A stretch of DNA of 64,000 bases from positions 496,001 through 560,000 of the forward strand of contig OX442314.1 of the NCBI GenBank assembly GCA_949358305.1. The letters run 5' to 3'. The stretch's first letter is position 1, and every line of letters begins with the position of its first letter. The stretch is from Strigamia acuminata. Its lineage: Eukaryota. The notes under the pieces were generated by a model. It saw nothing but the letters and a program-made list of their open reading frames with translations. It was not told where the DNA came from and searched no databases. This document shows positions 12,601-25,500 of this stretch, piece after piece. The translations under genes were made by a program, and so were the position numbers.

Positions 12601-13291
12601 TTTTCTGAATGATTTTATTGAGAAAAATTCATTTTCTCACTGATTTTGTTTTGAAAAATTCATTTTCTCACTGATTTTATTTAAAAAAATTCATTTTTTC
12701 AACGATTTTAGTGAAAAAAATTTATTTTCTCAACACTTTATTGAGAAAAATTCATTTTTTCAACGATTTTATTGAGAAAAATTTATTTTTTTAATGATTT
12801 TATTGAGAAAAATTCATTTTTTCAACGATTTTATTGAGAAAAATTACTAATTTAAAGTGTTATCGTTTGACAGCTGGTCGTTGGAGCATGATTTGGCCGG
12901 GCTGGCGAAAAACGAACAACAATTCTGCCGAGCAAGATTTACTATCGATGGTGATCAAAGAAACCAAAGTGGTCGAAAAGGGCGACATTGCACCCGATTT
13001 CGCCGGAAACTTGGAAAATCACATGGAAAATCACGACGCCATGTCAGATCATTCACCCACCGCCACTGGTAACCCAAAAAAATCAATTTAAAAATATTTC
13101 TTTAAATTTAAAATTGTTTTTTTTAAATTTTTTTTGTTTTAGAAATGGACACGCGACTAGATTTCGTGTTGCGAGAAGGAAACATGGATTCGTTCGGATA
13201 TTTGGCCGCTTTTACCGCGCACACTTGTTACTGGTCCAATTACGACGTGGCGTATTTTATTCTCAATTACTTGCATCCCGGAATGGATTGA
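6671..13291 (+). CDS. DDHD1: DDHD1-type intracellular phospholipase A1 (PA-PLA1), 12 coding exons
   Basis: Exons 6671-7232, 7696-7860, 8121-8249, 8314-8452, 9140-9255, 9314-9420, 9476-9655, 11593-11712, 11778-11924, 11987-12182, 12874-13068, 13143-13291, all GT-AG and in frame. Motifs EEVRWFY, VRGGLYE, HLIFVIHGIGQK, FFPVEWRS, MDIMYYTSP, lipase AHSLG, VENFFCLGSPLAVFLALRG, DPVAYRLEPL, AHTCYWSNYDVA. Confidence 0.95.
7265..7632 (+). repeat. Intronic minisatellite (~32-bp unit GAGAAAATGAATTTTTCTCAATAAAAT(T/C)AGT)
   Basis: Tandem array in DDHD1 intron 1. The reverse complement of the same family lies at 12560-12845. Confidence 0.9.
9843..11430. repeat. 1.6-kb intronic satellite of two alternating ~20-21-bp monomers
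   Basis: Monomers AAAAATGCACAATTTC(A/G)CTCA and AAAAATGTGTATTT(T/C)CACTTA in a recurring higher-order order, in DDHD1 intron 7. Confidence 0.97.
12560..12845 (-). repeat. Inverted copy of the DDHD1 intron-1 minisatellite, in intron 10
   Basis: ATTTTATTGAGAAAAATTCATTTTCTCACTG is the reverse complement of the 7265-7632 unit. Confidence 0.85.
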
Positions 13292-14267
13292 AGCGAACGT
13301 TGACCGGATAATAATTTAATTTTTGTTTTTCCCGAGCAAATTAAGGAGTGGCGCTTACTTAATTTATTCCTCTGTAAAAAGATGTTTGTTTAGATGTTTT
13401 ATTCGACGGTTTTTATTATTATTTCTCTTTTTCTCTCCGCGTAATTTATTTCTGTGCCAACTCAGGAATTGCAAACAAAATATCAGTATTATATCAGTGC
13501 AACACGTGACCAACCCGACGTGTCCTTGCCCATTTTCTATGACAAATTGTATACTTTATTTTGTACTATATTTTTTCGTTTTTCTTTTTTAAATATTCTT
13601 ATAAAATTTTCAGTTTGTTTCGTTTTTTTTATGTTTTTTTTTTGTTTTGTTATTTACGATCAACCTGAGAGTTGTGACAATATACTCGCTCAATGTGCCT
13701 TATTTTGTCCTTGATTTGAATGTTTTTTCGGTGTATGAAAATGTCTCGAGTTGTTTGTATTAGCTTGAAAAGCGAATTATGAAAATTATCCAATTTTTAA
13801 TCAACTGCCAATATTGCGCTTCCATCCCTCGACGGTTTTCTTTAATGTCTTGGCAGAATACGAAAATAAATTTCGAGGTACGTTTTTGATGTCGCCATGA
13901 CAACTGTTGATTTATACGAAATAAAGAGAATAATTAAATGTTTTCAATTTTTTCGTTTTTATTTCACTTCTTTACGAAACGTTACAAAATGGCGGATGGA
14001 TTGTTCGTTTTGGGTTCCGGTTTCTGACACTCGATCGAGTGGCGCTGCTGCTGGGTATCTCTAAAATTTTGAATTTGTCATGTACAAACGTGTTTTTATT
14101 GACCGGATCGGATCGTTCTATGGGATTGAATTGATAATGAAATGAATGTCCGAATTCGGTATCCGAAATATCTCGTCGTGTATTTAATTTTTAGTAAAGT
14201 TTGAAGTTTTATTTCAAAGTTTTATTCAAATAGAACACAAACGTTGCCTGAAAAAACGGTACGAACG

Positions 14268-14524
14268 ATGAGCGGCAGTAAACCCGCTGTTGTCATACAA
14301 TGGTGAGTTCTTTTATTTATTTTATTTATTTTATATATTTTTATGAGAATTTTATGTGATGAATTTTCTTTTTTGTTCTAAACAGCGCTCAAACGAGAGC
14401 TGGTGGCGGCCGCGTTGTCAGAGACAAGATGGCCGATGACGACGTGCAGTTTATCTGTTGTAAACAAAAAAAAATCGAATTCGTCGACTTGGAATCGGAA
14501 GAAGCGGAAAAGAAGAAAAATTAA
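14268..14524 (+). CDS. Putative two-exon 57-aa microprotein with SIM-like motifs
   Basis: Exons 14268-14302 (donor GTGAGT) and 14386-14524 (after polypyrimidine tract + AACAG) join to MSGSKPAVVIQCAQTRAGGGRVVRDKMADDDVQFICCKQKKIEFVDLESEEAEKKKN*. AATAAA at ~14561. Confidence 0.55.
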
Positions 14525-14860
14525 GATCGATTCAATATTAGACACACATTTTTACATTTAAATAAAATTTATACTTTCCTATTTGTTCACCTGGTGGCGC
14601 AAAATAAAAATGCCCTCTTTGATCCGCTTCGTTTACATTTAATCCTACAAACAAAAATATAAAAACGGAGATTTATTTTGTTTTAATAAACAACATGAAA
14701 GAATATTAGTGGAATATTTTCTCTTATTTATTAACAGTTTATCCAAAAACTATATTTGTCGAGATTCATTGGCTCTCTAGTCACTCTGGCGGCCAAAATT
14801 GAAAACAATCACTCTATAGTTGAAAGTGAAAATGTCATGGCCAATAAAACTAAGCTTAAA

Positions 14861-15933
14861 TGACGTCATTATCGTTGTAAGCGGATTGAACTCGTGGAAT
14901 CCCTCGAATCGTTGACAGATAATGAGCGACAGCTCGAGATAACGGTCGCGAGAAAAAGAAACGTGTGTCGAAAGGAATAAATAATTTATTTTTATTTTAT
15001 TATTCTTCGCATGAAATGAAAATGAACTCGATCGACCTCCCATGTTGCGGCGCGTGCGCAAACACGCTTCGCTTTTTGACCTTTTCGAAATCGCTTTTAG
15101 TCGCGTGTAAACGTGTAGGTGTCTCTCCAGCTTCCGTCGTATTCTATTTCTTCCCCGCTAAGAATAAAATTAACCCACTCGTTTCTCATCTCGTCTGGAA
15201 AAATCATTCGGAACCCACGGTCGGGCATTGCAAATAGGCCTATTTTGATGGCGCAGGTTGAGGCCCTTTGACGTCATACGCGATTTCGGCTATCTATGAC
15301 GTCAGGCAAGGTTTGGTTTATTTGTGACGTCATATCAATAAAAATAAACATAAAAACGAGGCGAGTGAAAAATAAAATCTTCTTTAGTGGGATGTTGTTT
15401 GGTCGTGTTCGGTTTATTCAAACGAAGAAAAAAAATAAAGGGAACAAAACAATTTGTATTTCCATGGCAACGACGGAACGTAATAACATTCATTTGTTGA
15501 AATGAAATAAAATTGAAATTGAGACATAAATTTCAAAAAAATAAAATTGAAAAAAAATAAAATTTCGGTTTGAAATTAATTTAAATTGAACATAATTTGG
15601 TTGATTAAATAGATAAGATCGCAAAAGATATCTCTAAACGAGATAAAATACTTCTTTTATTCTTCCCACGCGTATCCATGGCAACAAAAACATCCCGTTG
15701 CCAAGGAAACCCGATAGATGGTCAAAATGCCAAAAGCAACATATTGGTTTCCACGGCAACCGGAGACAAGAAAATAACCCTGACCAATCCCAATTAAAAT
15801 AAAATAAATTTTTAAAAAAAAAAAATAATTTTTTTATTTTTTTTATTTTTTTTATTAACCGGCTATTTGCCAAATTTTGCGCCATTTTAACAGTCAGGTC
15901 CAAATTCGAGGCACTCGGCGACTTGTGACGTCA
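14861..15933. promoter_or_regulatory. Putative Alk upstream regulatory region: five palindromic CRE sites and three RFX X-boxes
   Basis: TGACGTCA at 14861, 15269, 15297, 15325, 15926. X-box-like GTATCCATGGCAAC (15672), GTTGCCAAGGAAAC (15697), GTTTCCACGGCAAC (15747). Followed by a CpG-rich stretch ~16150-16560. Confidence 0.55.
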
Positions 15934-16559
15934 CAAGAGAATTTGTCGTGCCATATTGTGCGCCATTTTAACGGCCAGGTCCAAATTCGCGGCGAACGAA
16001 ACATCGGCGCCTCGTGACATCACTAGAGCATTTGTAGAGTGGAGCGGACACTTCCAGCACTTAATAATGCCCCATTTATCAAACCGAATCAATCTCCGTC
16101 GCTCGTCTCGCCCGAAACCATCGATTAACGAGTCGAGTTTGTTGACGTTAATACTCGAGTCGCCCGCATCGTTCGCGTGGCGCGCGCTGCGGTGCGGTGC
16201 GGGCGAGCCACCTTCGGGCGGAGCTTTGAGCATTCCTCCAGTCGCGCTGCGGACGAGTCCATGCGGCGGGCGCGGGTGTGATTCGCCCGCGCAGGCGCCA
16301 AGTCGGCCGCCAGACGAACGGAGCCGCCGCGCGATAATAAGAGCGCGCCAGATGCCGCGCGCGCGCGCCACTGCAACGCACGATCGCCATCTTAGGAGTG
16401 AGCGCCATTGCGCACGTGTTTCGTCGGTGCGACGCTTTCGTGATGAACGCGATTTGTGGCTGCAACTCGAATAGACGCCGGGAATAGACGCCTCTTCTCT
16501 AGAAGAGCCGCATCTTCATCTCTCCATCTCTTGGTCGCCCCCAATCGTCGCAGTCGGTG

Positions 16560-19500
16560 ATGGAGACGCGAGCGGGCGCGTTCTGGTTCGGTTGCACGTT
16601 TGTGGCGTTGCTGGTCGGTGGTGGAAGCGCGTTCGACTGTGATTTCGAGGCGGAGTGTCGGTGGCTCGTTGGCGGCCAACTCGGACGAGTGAGTGCGTCG
16701 AATTTGACCGGTGGGGGTGCCGGTGGGGGAGCCAATGGGGGACTTTCGATGGACTCGACTGGCAATGCTCAAGGTAAGTTTTCTTTGTCGCGCTGTTTTT
16801 GTTTTAAGACGTTTTGCTCGTTGCTCACGTAATGTGTGTTTTTATCATTTTTCGTGTTTTTGGACGAGTTTGGTGGATCTGATCTCATGGGATTTGATGT
16901 GCTTTCTCCAGATTTTGCTGTAATTGAACAAATTTTGGTGTTTGACTAGATTTGAGTGTTTTTGATTGTATTTTGGTGATTTTGACCAGATTTTGGTGAT
17001 TATGACCCATTTTGGTGATTTTTGACTAAATTCTCATGATTTTCCCCAAATTTTGGTGTGTTTGACCAGATTTTGGTGAATTTTGGCTAAATTCTCGTTT
17101 TTCACCCAATTTTGGTGTGTTTGACCAGATTTTGGTGATTTTTGACTAAATTCTCATGTTTTTCACCAAAGTTGGTGTTTTATGGCTAAACTTTTTTTAT
17201 TTTGATTAAATGTTTGGTCCTATTAATCAAGTTTTGCAATTTGATGACATTTTGTGTTTTGTGACTAGATTTACGTGTTTTTGACCAGGTTTTGGTGTTT
17301 TGTGACTAGATTTACGTGTTTTATAACTAGATTTACGTGTTTTTGACTAGATTTTAATGTTTTGTGACTAGATTTTAATGTTGTATAACTAAAGATTTAC
17401 ATGTTTTTGACTAGATTTATGTGGTTTTGATTATATTTTGGCATCTTTTTTTATACAAGATTTGTCTTTTTGAAGAGAATTCTTGTTTTCTTGTTTTCTG
17501 ATCAGATTTTGGTGTTTTGTAACGAGGTTTTTGTTATTCGTGCTGATTCGTGTGTTTCTGTGTGTCTCTTTTTGATTATCGGATGATTGATTGTGCTTGG
17601 CGTGACATTGGCACGCTCGGGCGGGCGTGAAGGGTCAAAGGTCAAGTCTCGCGAATGCCATTTGACCGCTGCAACTGTGTGGAGACCGGAGACCCTTGGG
17701 AAGGAACGGGGAAAAGGACGCGTTTATTGTGCTTTGCTTGATGAGCAAACGTCCCAGGTGGCTTCTCGCAGTCCATTTGGCAGCGAGCCAACACCATTTT
17801 CTGTTATTTTAAACGTCTTTTTTAAGTTTTTCGTGAAAAATGACACCCCGCGACCGCAATCGTTTGATTTATTCCATTTTACGCTCCATTTTACGCCATT
17901 TACTACGTTTTTGATGTTTCGGTCGCGACTGAACTCGAAACCGATTCTAAAATAATAAATTCGATTTATTTATTGTAATTTTTCCTTTTTTTTTTAAGGA
18001 AAAAATTATGAAATTCGTATTTGGTGATTTACGGCTGATTTTTGGTCCGTCGGCCATGTTGGAAATTAAAAAACGATTCGGGACGACGAAGCGCAATAAT
18101 TTAATCTATTTGCAGCTCTAAAAGTCGTTAAATTCCTTTAAATTATACGTTTTTCCCTCTAAAATATTTTAATCTATTGTGCAACGACGTCATTCACTTC
18201 TTACGTCATTCGTGTAACAACTAACGACACAGTAGTTGCGAATTTTCGCCACCATGACGAAGACGATCGCGAGTCGTAACAAGTTGTGTTTATTATGTTA
18301 TTATCGCAGTTTTCGTGGGCGCGCGAATGTTTCCGTTGCAAAATTGAAATTCCGCAACGTCAATTGAAGTCAAACGTCGGAAATTTCGCGATGATTGACA
18401 ATTCAATCGCCGGAGAAAAGCGTAGAGCGATTTTACGTTCCGCCGTGCGATCAATAACGCCAGGCTTTAAGTGTTCATCACTGTCTCCCGGGCCTTGCTC
18501 GCTGCGGCTTTTTTCCCTTCTTTTATACACCGTTATCGATAAAATGTCTTTTTATCTCACGATTTTTATTCGTTTTTTACATTTTTATTTCGCGAATTAA
18601 ATTCTTCCTTGACCTTGAAATACTGCCCACGAAAGAGCGTCGTATACTCAACTGATCGATCAGTTAAAAGAAGGCCTAACAATATGCGCGACATCTGGTG
18701 TTAGAAATATTTGAAATTAAAATTTATTTTTTGGAATAAATCGAGTGAATAAAATTGTCAAAATAAATAATTTTGGATTATTTATTTATTTATTTATTGT
18801 AGGTCATTTTCTTTATTTGCCCGGGTCGAAAAGCGCCACCACTCGGCAGATTAACATAACAAGTCCGGTCGTGCATTCGAGCGACCGGACGTGTCGTTTG
18901 ATTTTTTACGAACATTCGGTCGGAGTTCCGGTCGACGCCATCAAAGTCGTGGTGGTAGAAACGGACAAGTTGAGCACAATCATCGGCGATAAATACGCGC
19001 ACGGCACCAACAGGTTTGTTAGGTTTCGTTTAATCATTCCTGCATTGTTCCACGTCTTCCATTTCCGGTTGACGTCACACCGAGGCTTTATCTCGGCCGT
19101 ATCTGAATTAAAAACGTTTTTTTTCTTTAAATTTAAACTTTAATTTGATTATTATCGACGTTCTTGCAATTCGAATCGATAAGTTTCGGTTGACCACAAG
19201 GAAAAGGAGGCACGAGATTTGAGCAAGCGGTGCACGTGCGCCGAGGGGTGCGACATTTGACCGAATCTCTGACAATGGCTTCCGAATCTCGCCCGAATCT
19301 TTCCGAATCCCGCCCGAATCTTTTCGAATCCCGCCCGAATCTTTCCGAATCCCACCGAATCTTCGAATCTCGAATCTTTAAATTGTATACAAATCGAGGA
19401 AAATAAAGTCAAAATTTATGATAAAAAAATGTAATAATATTTTTACAAAAAACTGGAATAACCAAGGGAATAACTGACAACTGTAAATAAATCGAGAAAT

Positions 19501-22500
19501 AAATGTTCCACATTGAAATTGTCGGAAATTGTCGTTGAAATTGTCCGTATCGGAGGAAATTATACCTGCGCACCTCGCTGCGCGGTATCTGCGCATGCGC
19601 ATTTATGATTTAGCGCGAACTTCAAATTAATCCCGGAATTCAACATTGTTCGCAATTGTGATTGAGTTGGATTGCGTGCTATTTTACCTCGTATTTTACT
19701 TTATCCTATTAAAGGTAAGACTTTTGCGGATTATTATTTTCTCATTGATTATTTTTATGATGCTTTTCGTTCCAACTACAGGTTCCTCTGGCAAGTTCCA
19801 TTCATACGACCATACGAAAATTGTTACGAAAGTCGACGATTTTTTTAGCGCTACGGTGAAATTCGAGTCAAACTTGAATTGAAATTGAATTGAAATTGAA
19901 TAATTAGTACGGTAACAGATTATGAACTAAGTGCGCGTTAATTTGATATTTCGGAAAAGCTATTTCTATTGATATCGGTTGAAATATACGTATGGCGACG
20001 TATGGGCTATTTCGGGCTATTTTCACCGATTTTGGTTGAAATGATCGCCAAATTCCTACTAAAAAAAATGTTCCTTATTCCACAAGAAAATATATTATTC
20101 GTTTTTTTTATTCTAATGAAAAAAAAATCTGATTTGATTTACTACTAACTTGTAAGTTATTAATTTAAAGGAAAATGAAACTCTTTAAAATTTGTAATTA
20201 GCAAAATAAGATCTTTTTTTTTTGTTTTTTTTTATTAAATTTGAGTATGGATTATAAATAAAACAAAATAAATAAAATATATTACCTGATTCTTTTTTTA
20301 TATTCCATACACAAATGTAATGGAATCGAATGGAATAATGAACAAATTTTTTTATAATTTACCTTACTTTTACTTATATTGGCCAATGATAGAGGTGTCT
20401 CGCAAAGATATTATCGAGGATATTATTCATTTTTTCGACCAAAAATTCATTTTTTGGACGAAAAATTCATTTTTTGAACGAAAAATTCATTTTTAGGTTA
20501 AAAAAAATTCATTTTTTTGACAAAAAATTTATTTTTTGGACGAAAAATTTATTTTTTGGACCAAAAATTCATTTTTATGTTAAAAAAATTCATTTTTAGG
20601 TTAAAAAAAATTGTTATTTACACCCAAAAAATGAGCCGGCAATAACTTCGCAATGCGTCTGCAAAAGGGCGGTTTTTTGATCCGCTTTCCGGCTACAATT
20701 ACGTCGTTTTAGGCCCGCAAAAATAGCAGCTTTACTAATAAATAATGTTTTGCTTCAGATTTCTTTTTCTGTGGGAAGGATGTCGGATGGAACGGTTTGG
20801 CAATTCGCAACAGAGAATGATATTTCGCCACAGATCCAAGCCTGCTTGAAAGCTGCAGGATATTTCACATTAACTGGAATTTCAAAAATTGAAAGCAATG
20901 AATTGATTGAAAAATATCTGCAGGATACAGCTGATCTATACGAAGATGAGAAAGAGCTGAAAGCGATTTATGGAAAATTCCATAAAAAGCCCGAGAAATT
21001 TCGTTTTGCACCTGGACAACATGAAGAAATAACACGATTTAAAGATATCTGTCGAAGGAAAATCGATGACAACGAGAAAACCGTGGTGAAAACACATAAG
21101 CGGCTGAGACTGTCAGACAAAGCTAATGATTCTTGTGGTCAGAAGTTTTGCAACTATGGAACTGAAAAAAGCACCACATCAAACACCAATACGTCAGAAA
21201 CCGACACTCATGAATCCATAATTTACACTGATGTGAAATTAAAAATGAGAAAATGGCTTGCAAAACAGACTGATCCAGCGCTAAAGAGTTTAAAACACGA
21301 AAAAGATTTTAAATTTACCGTATCCTCCAGCGAATCAAGCAGTGACAATATATTTGAACATTATGAAGTTGTGGTGTTGTGTTTGATGTGTAATGGGAAA
21401 ATACGATTGCACATCAGAGATAAACACTTTACTGTTTTCAATGCAACAAGACATCTAGAAAAGTGCGCTAAAAGGTGTAAATTTGGAAACATGACCCAAA
21501 AAAGTTTGCCATTATATTTCCGTGCAACAGGAGAGAAGAATGGGGAAGAAATAACCCACAACGATGATAATGATAATGACCAGTTTAATTATGTTACAGA
21601 AAATAATGACAATGTAAGCTTATGTACGAATGAAATGCAATTAGATCTTGAGTTGGGTGCAAATCAAGATATTGTAACAACCACGCCAATAGGTAATGAA
21701 TAAATAAATTGTTTTATGCCTTTTACAAATGATAACAAATTTTTATAAAATTGCAGAAATGTACTCCAGAGCTTATTACAGAAAAGAAAAAAGCAAAAAG
21801 GAATTGTTACAATCAAGTGCGATGTGCCAAAAGATTACCAATTTTTACAACCCTCTTGATGAAATTCGACACTTGTTAATTGAAAACAAAAATTTAAACA
21901 ACTTTATAACGCATTTGCTGCAGCAGCAAAGTACGGCAGTTACTGAAGACCACTCAAGCCTGGAACACACTGTTGAATCCACGGTTAAACCCAGCAATTT
22001 TTTGCAGCTAATGTGGGATGCAGCTATCTCAAATACCAAACGAAAACGAAATGAATACGACTCAGATTCGATAAAAGAATTTGCTATGTTGTTATTTATG
22101 TGGCTTGGACCATCGAAATACACAATTTTATATGCGAATTTAAATTCCGGTATACCAAGCAGTCGCCAGGTTGAAAGATACCTAAAAAAATTCCAAAACG
22201 ATATTACAGAGGGAAAACTAAGAATTGGTTATTTGAAGCAACATATGGAGAGGTACAACTGTACTAACAACACTGTTTGGTTAAGTGAGGATGCAACACG
22301 CCTAGTGCAATCAATCAACTATGATGGCGATAAAAATGCATGTGTTGGATTTGTCTCACCGATATCAGCAAGTGGATTGCCGGAAATTAATACGTTTCCA
22401 TTCACATCCATACCAGATGTCAAAGCTTACTTCAAAAATTATAATTTTGCTAATCAAGCATACGTTATTATGGCACAACCAATGTGTCCAAATGTTCCAG

Positions 22501-25500
22501 CCATTTGTTTTTGTTTATTTGGAAGTGATAATAAATTCACATCTACTAATGTTCTGAACCGATGGAAAACAACACTTGATGAGTGCAATGCAAATGATAT
22601 TGTGATCGCAGGTTTCAGCGCTGATGGTGATCCGAAATTATTAAGGAGTATGCAGTTATCAAGTGGTCTGTTTTGTGAACCAAAAACAGTCTTTCAAGAA
22701 AAAGAAGAGGATCCAAACAGGATTTCTTCAACTGAAAACAAATGGTTTATTATGAATGGAAACATAAAGTTTTCTCTCATTCAGGACACTATTCACATTG
22801 GGGCAAAGCTACGTTGTCGTTTGCTTAAGAAAAATCGTTTACCAATTGGACACCGTTTTATATGCATTTCACATTTACAGCATATAGTGGAAAATAATTC
22901 AAAGGATTCACATCCATTAAGACTTTCTGATCTTGATTGCCGAGACAAGATGAACTATGCAGCTGTCGAGCGAATGGTGTCCAAAAATGTTCTTGAATTA
23001 ATTGAAAAAAAAGAAGAATTTAGAGGAACATTATTGTATCTAAAAGTGATGAAATTTGTGTTGGATTGTTTTTTAGCAGACGACTTGTCTCCTCTCAAAC
23101 GAATAGAGAAAATTTGGACTGCGATTTTCATCTTACGAGGATGGAGATTCTGGTTAAAAAACTGTACCACTTGCAAGCAACTGGACAGTTTTATAACTAC
23201 CAATGCGTATCAGTGCATCGAATTAAATGGCCACAGTTTAATACGTGTTATTGAAACTTGCAGAGAAAATTCATTGCCATTTTTACCACAATTACTTGGA
23301 TCGCAACAATGTGAACAACTCTTTCGTATTGCCAGAAGTTACTCTGTTGTGAATTCAACAATTGTTAATTTCAGTCTCAGTGAGTTGATAAAAAAAATTT
23401 ATCGAATTGAATCCGAATTAGCTGTCAGAGCTTCTGCCAATTCGAATAACATTCTAAAGATGCCAAAATTAAAAAAATATTCATCTAAGATGGGTGAAAT
23501 GCCTTCGACATTCCAAAATGTTAGCTGTCCAACAAAGAATGAAATAATCATAGACGGTATTTCTAAGGCACAACGAAAAGCTGTGCTATTATTGCACAGT
23601 GTGGGGATCGGCTTTTTATATCCAAACAACATATTCAATGATAATTTACTTGTTAAGGATGTCATTGTCAGATCTGACCATTTAAGTCAAAATGAAGAGG
23701 ATGTTAGATTCGGTGGAATAAAGTTCACAACTCACATACTAGATGAATAAACAAGTATAATGTTCCAAACTAATATCAAATTACACAGGTTGAGTACACA
23801 CGCATTACAGCTTCATCGTATCAGTATAACAATTCCCATCATTCCTAGCAACAACAAAAGATAATCTCAAACAAGGTATAATTAAATAACAAACTCTCTA
23901 ACAAATCCCCCTCTTGATATTATAATTGTACACTCATTAAAAATAAAAACATCACTTATAAATTATTCAAATATCATTGTTCATTAAAATGTCCATCACT
24001 TCTTTAATTTTCACTCCGGATAAATTCTTGGTTAGGAAATCTGCTAGTTGTTCTTCTCCGGGGACATGCACTGCTTCCAATCCTTCATTCTTGATTAAAT
24101 CCTTGGCCAAATTTACCCTTCGATTCAAAAATTTCGTCCGCATCTTGTGCGTGCCTTCTGTCATCATTGTTATTACATTCAAGCTATCGCAATAAATTTT
24201 TCCTTTTCCTTGTAATTCGTTCTTGCTTATATCTTCAATTAAATTCCTGTACCACATTGATTCTTTGACACCCTCCGTGAATGCTTCCAATTCACTTTCT
24301 GTGGTTGATTGTGCCACAAAACTCTGTTTCTTTGATTTCCAGTGAATCAAATCCTTTCCGTACAGAATTAAAACTCCCGAATACGATTTGCTGTCTGGGG
24401 TTTTGTCCCAACTTGCGTCTGTAAAAACTTCCAATTCTTTTCCTTCACTTCCGTACGTCAAACCGTATTCAGCTGTCCCTTTAAGGTAACGAATTACTCT
24501 TTTCAATCCATCCTCGTGGATTTGTCTTGGTTCCTGATTATATCTCGATAAGTTTCCCAAAGTAAAGCTTATATCTGGCCTGGTATGTGTCGCCAAATAT
24601 AATAGTCTTCCTAATAGCTCTTGATACGCTTTCGCATCCACTTTTTCACTTTCTGCGCATTCGTCGATATTCTGGTTCGGTTCACCTGGGGATTTTGCTG
24701 GATTACACTTGTCCATGTTGTACATCTTCAGCAAGTTTTGTAGGTAAGCTTGTTGGTGCACTACAATTCTTCCTTCCAGCTGGTCTAATTGCATTCCCAG
24801 TACGACCTTCGCATCTCCAATAGTGACTAAATTTACCGCTTTTCGCAACTTTTCCAAAATTTTGTTTTCATATGTTATGTCGCTAGCAACTGTTAACATG
24901 TCGTCTACGTGTAGCCCTATTATCATATATTCCACTTCTACAAATATATAATATAAGCATTCGTCATCTTTGGATTGTTGTAATCCGGTCGACTTCAGTA
25001 TTTTGTCAATTAGCTCATTCCAAGTTCGTCCACTTTGTTTCAGTCCATATATGCTTCGTATCAAAAAGCAAACTTCATCTTCTCTTCCTTTTTCCTTGAA
25101 TCCATCGGGTTGTTCCATCCATATTTTTTCCTTCAATTTCGCGTTCAAATACGCTGTTTTTACATCGTGTAATCGCACACGTTTCCCACGCTTTGCTGCA
25201 AATGCAAATATAAATCTCACTGATTCAATTCTAATCACTGGCGAGTATGTTTCTTCTACATCAACTCCATAAGTTTGAGCACATCCATTAGCAACCAATC
25301 TCGCTCTGTATCTTCCCTCTGTTCCATCTTCATTTGGTTTGACTTTGTAAATCCATTTGCATTTTATCGTTTTTCTTGCTTTCTCTCTTTTTTCCAATTT
25401 CCATACACCCAATCTCTTCATTTCCATCATTTCTTCTCCCATTGCCTCGATCCATTTGTCTTTTTGATCACTGTTCATTGCCTCCTTGTATGTCTTTGGT

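Noticed and set aside
15931..16772. Several overlapping 83-172-aa ORFs on both strands
   Set aside because: By-products of the GC-rich Alk promoter/5'UTR. Only 16560-16773 has a signal peptide, MAM start and in-frame donor.
20750..21703. 317-aa ORF as a separate second gene (Harbinger/CACTA-style two-gene element)
   Set aside because: A canonical 64-nt GT-AG intron joins it in frame to the transposase ORF, and the 8-bp TSD and core motifs fit the P superfamily.
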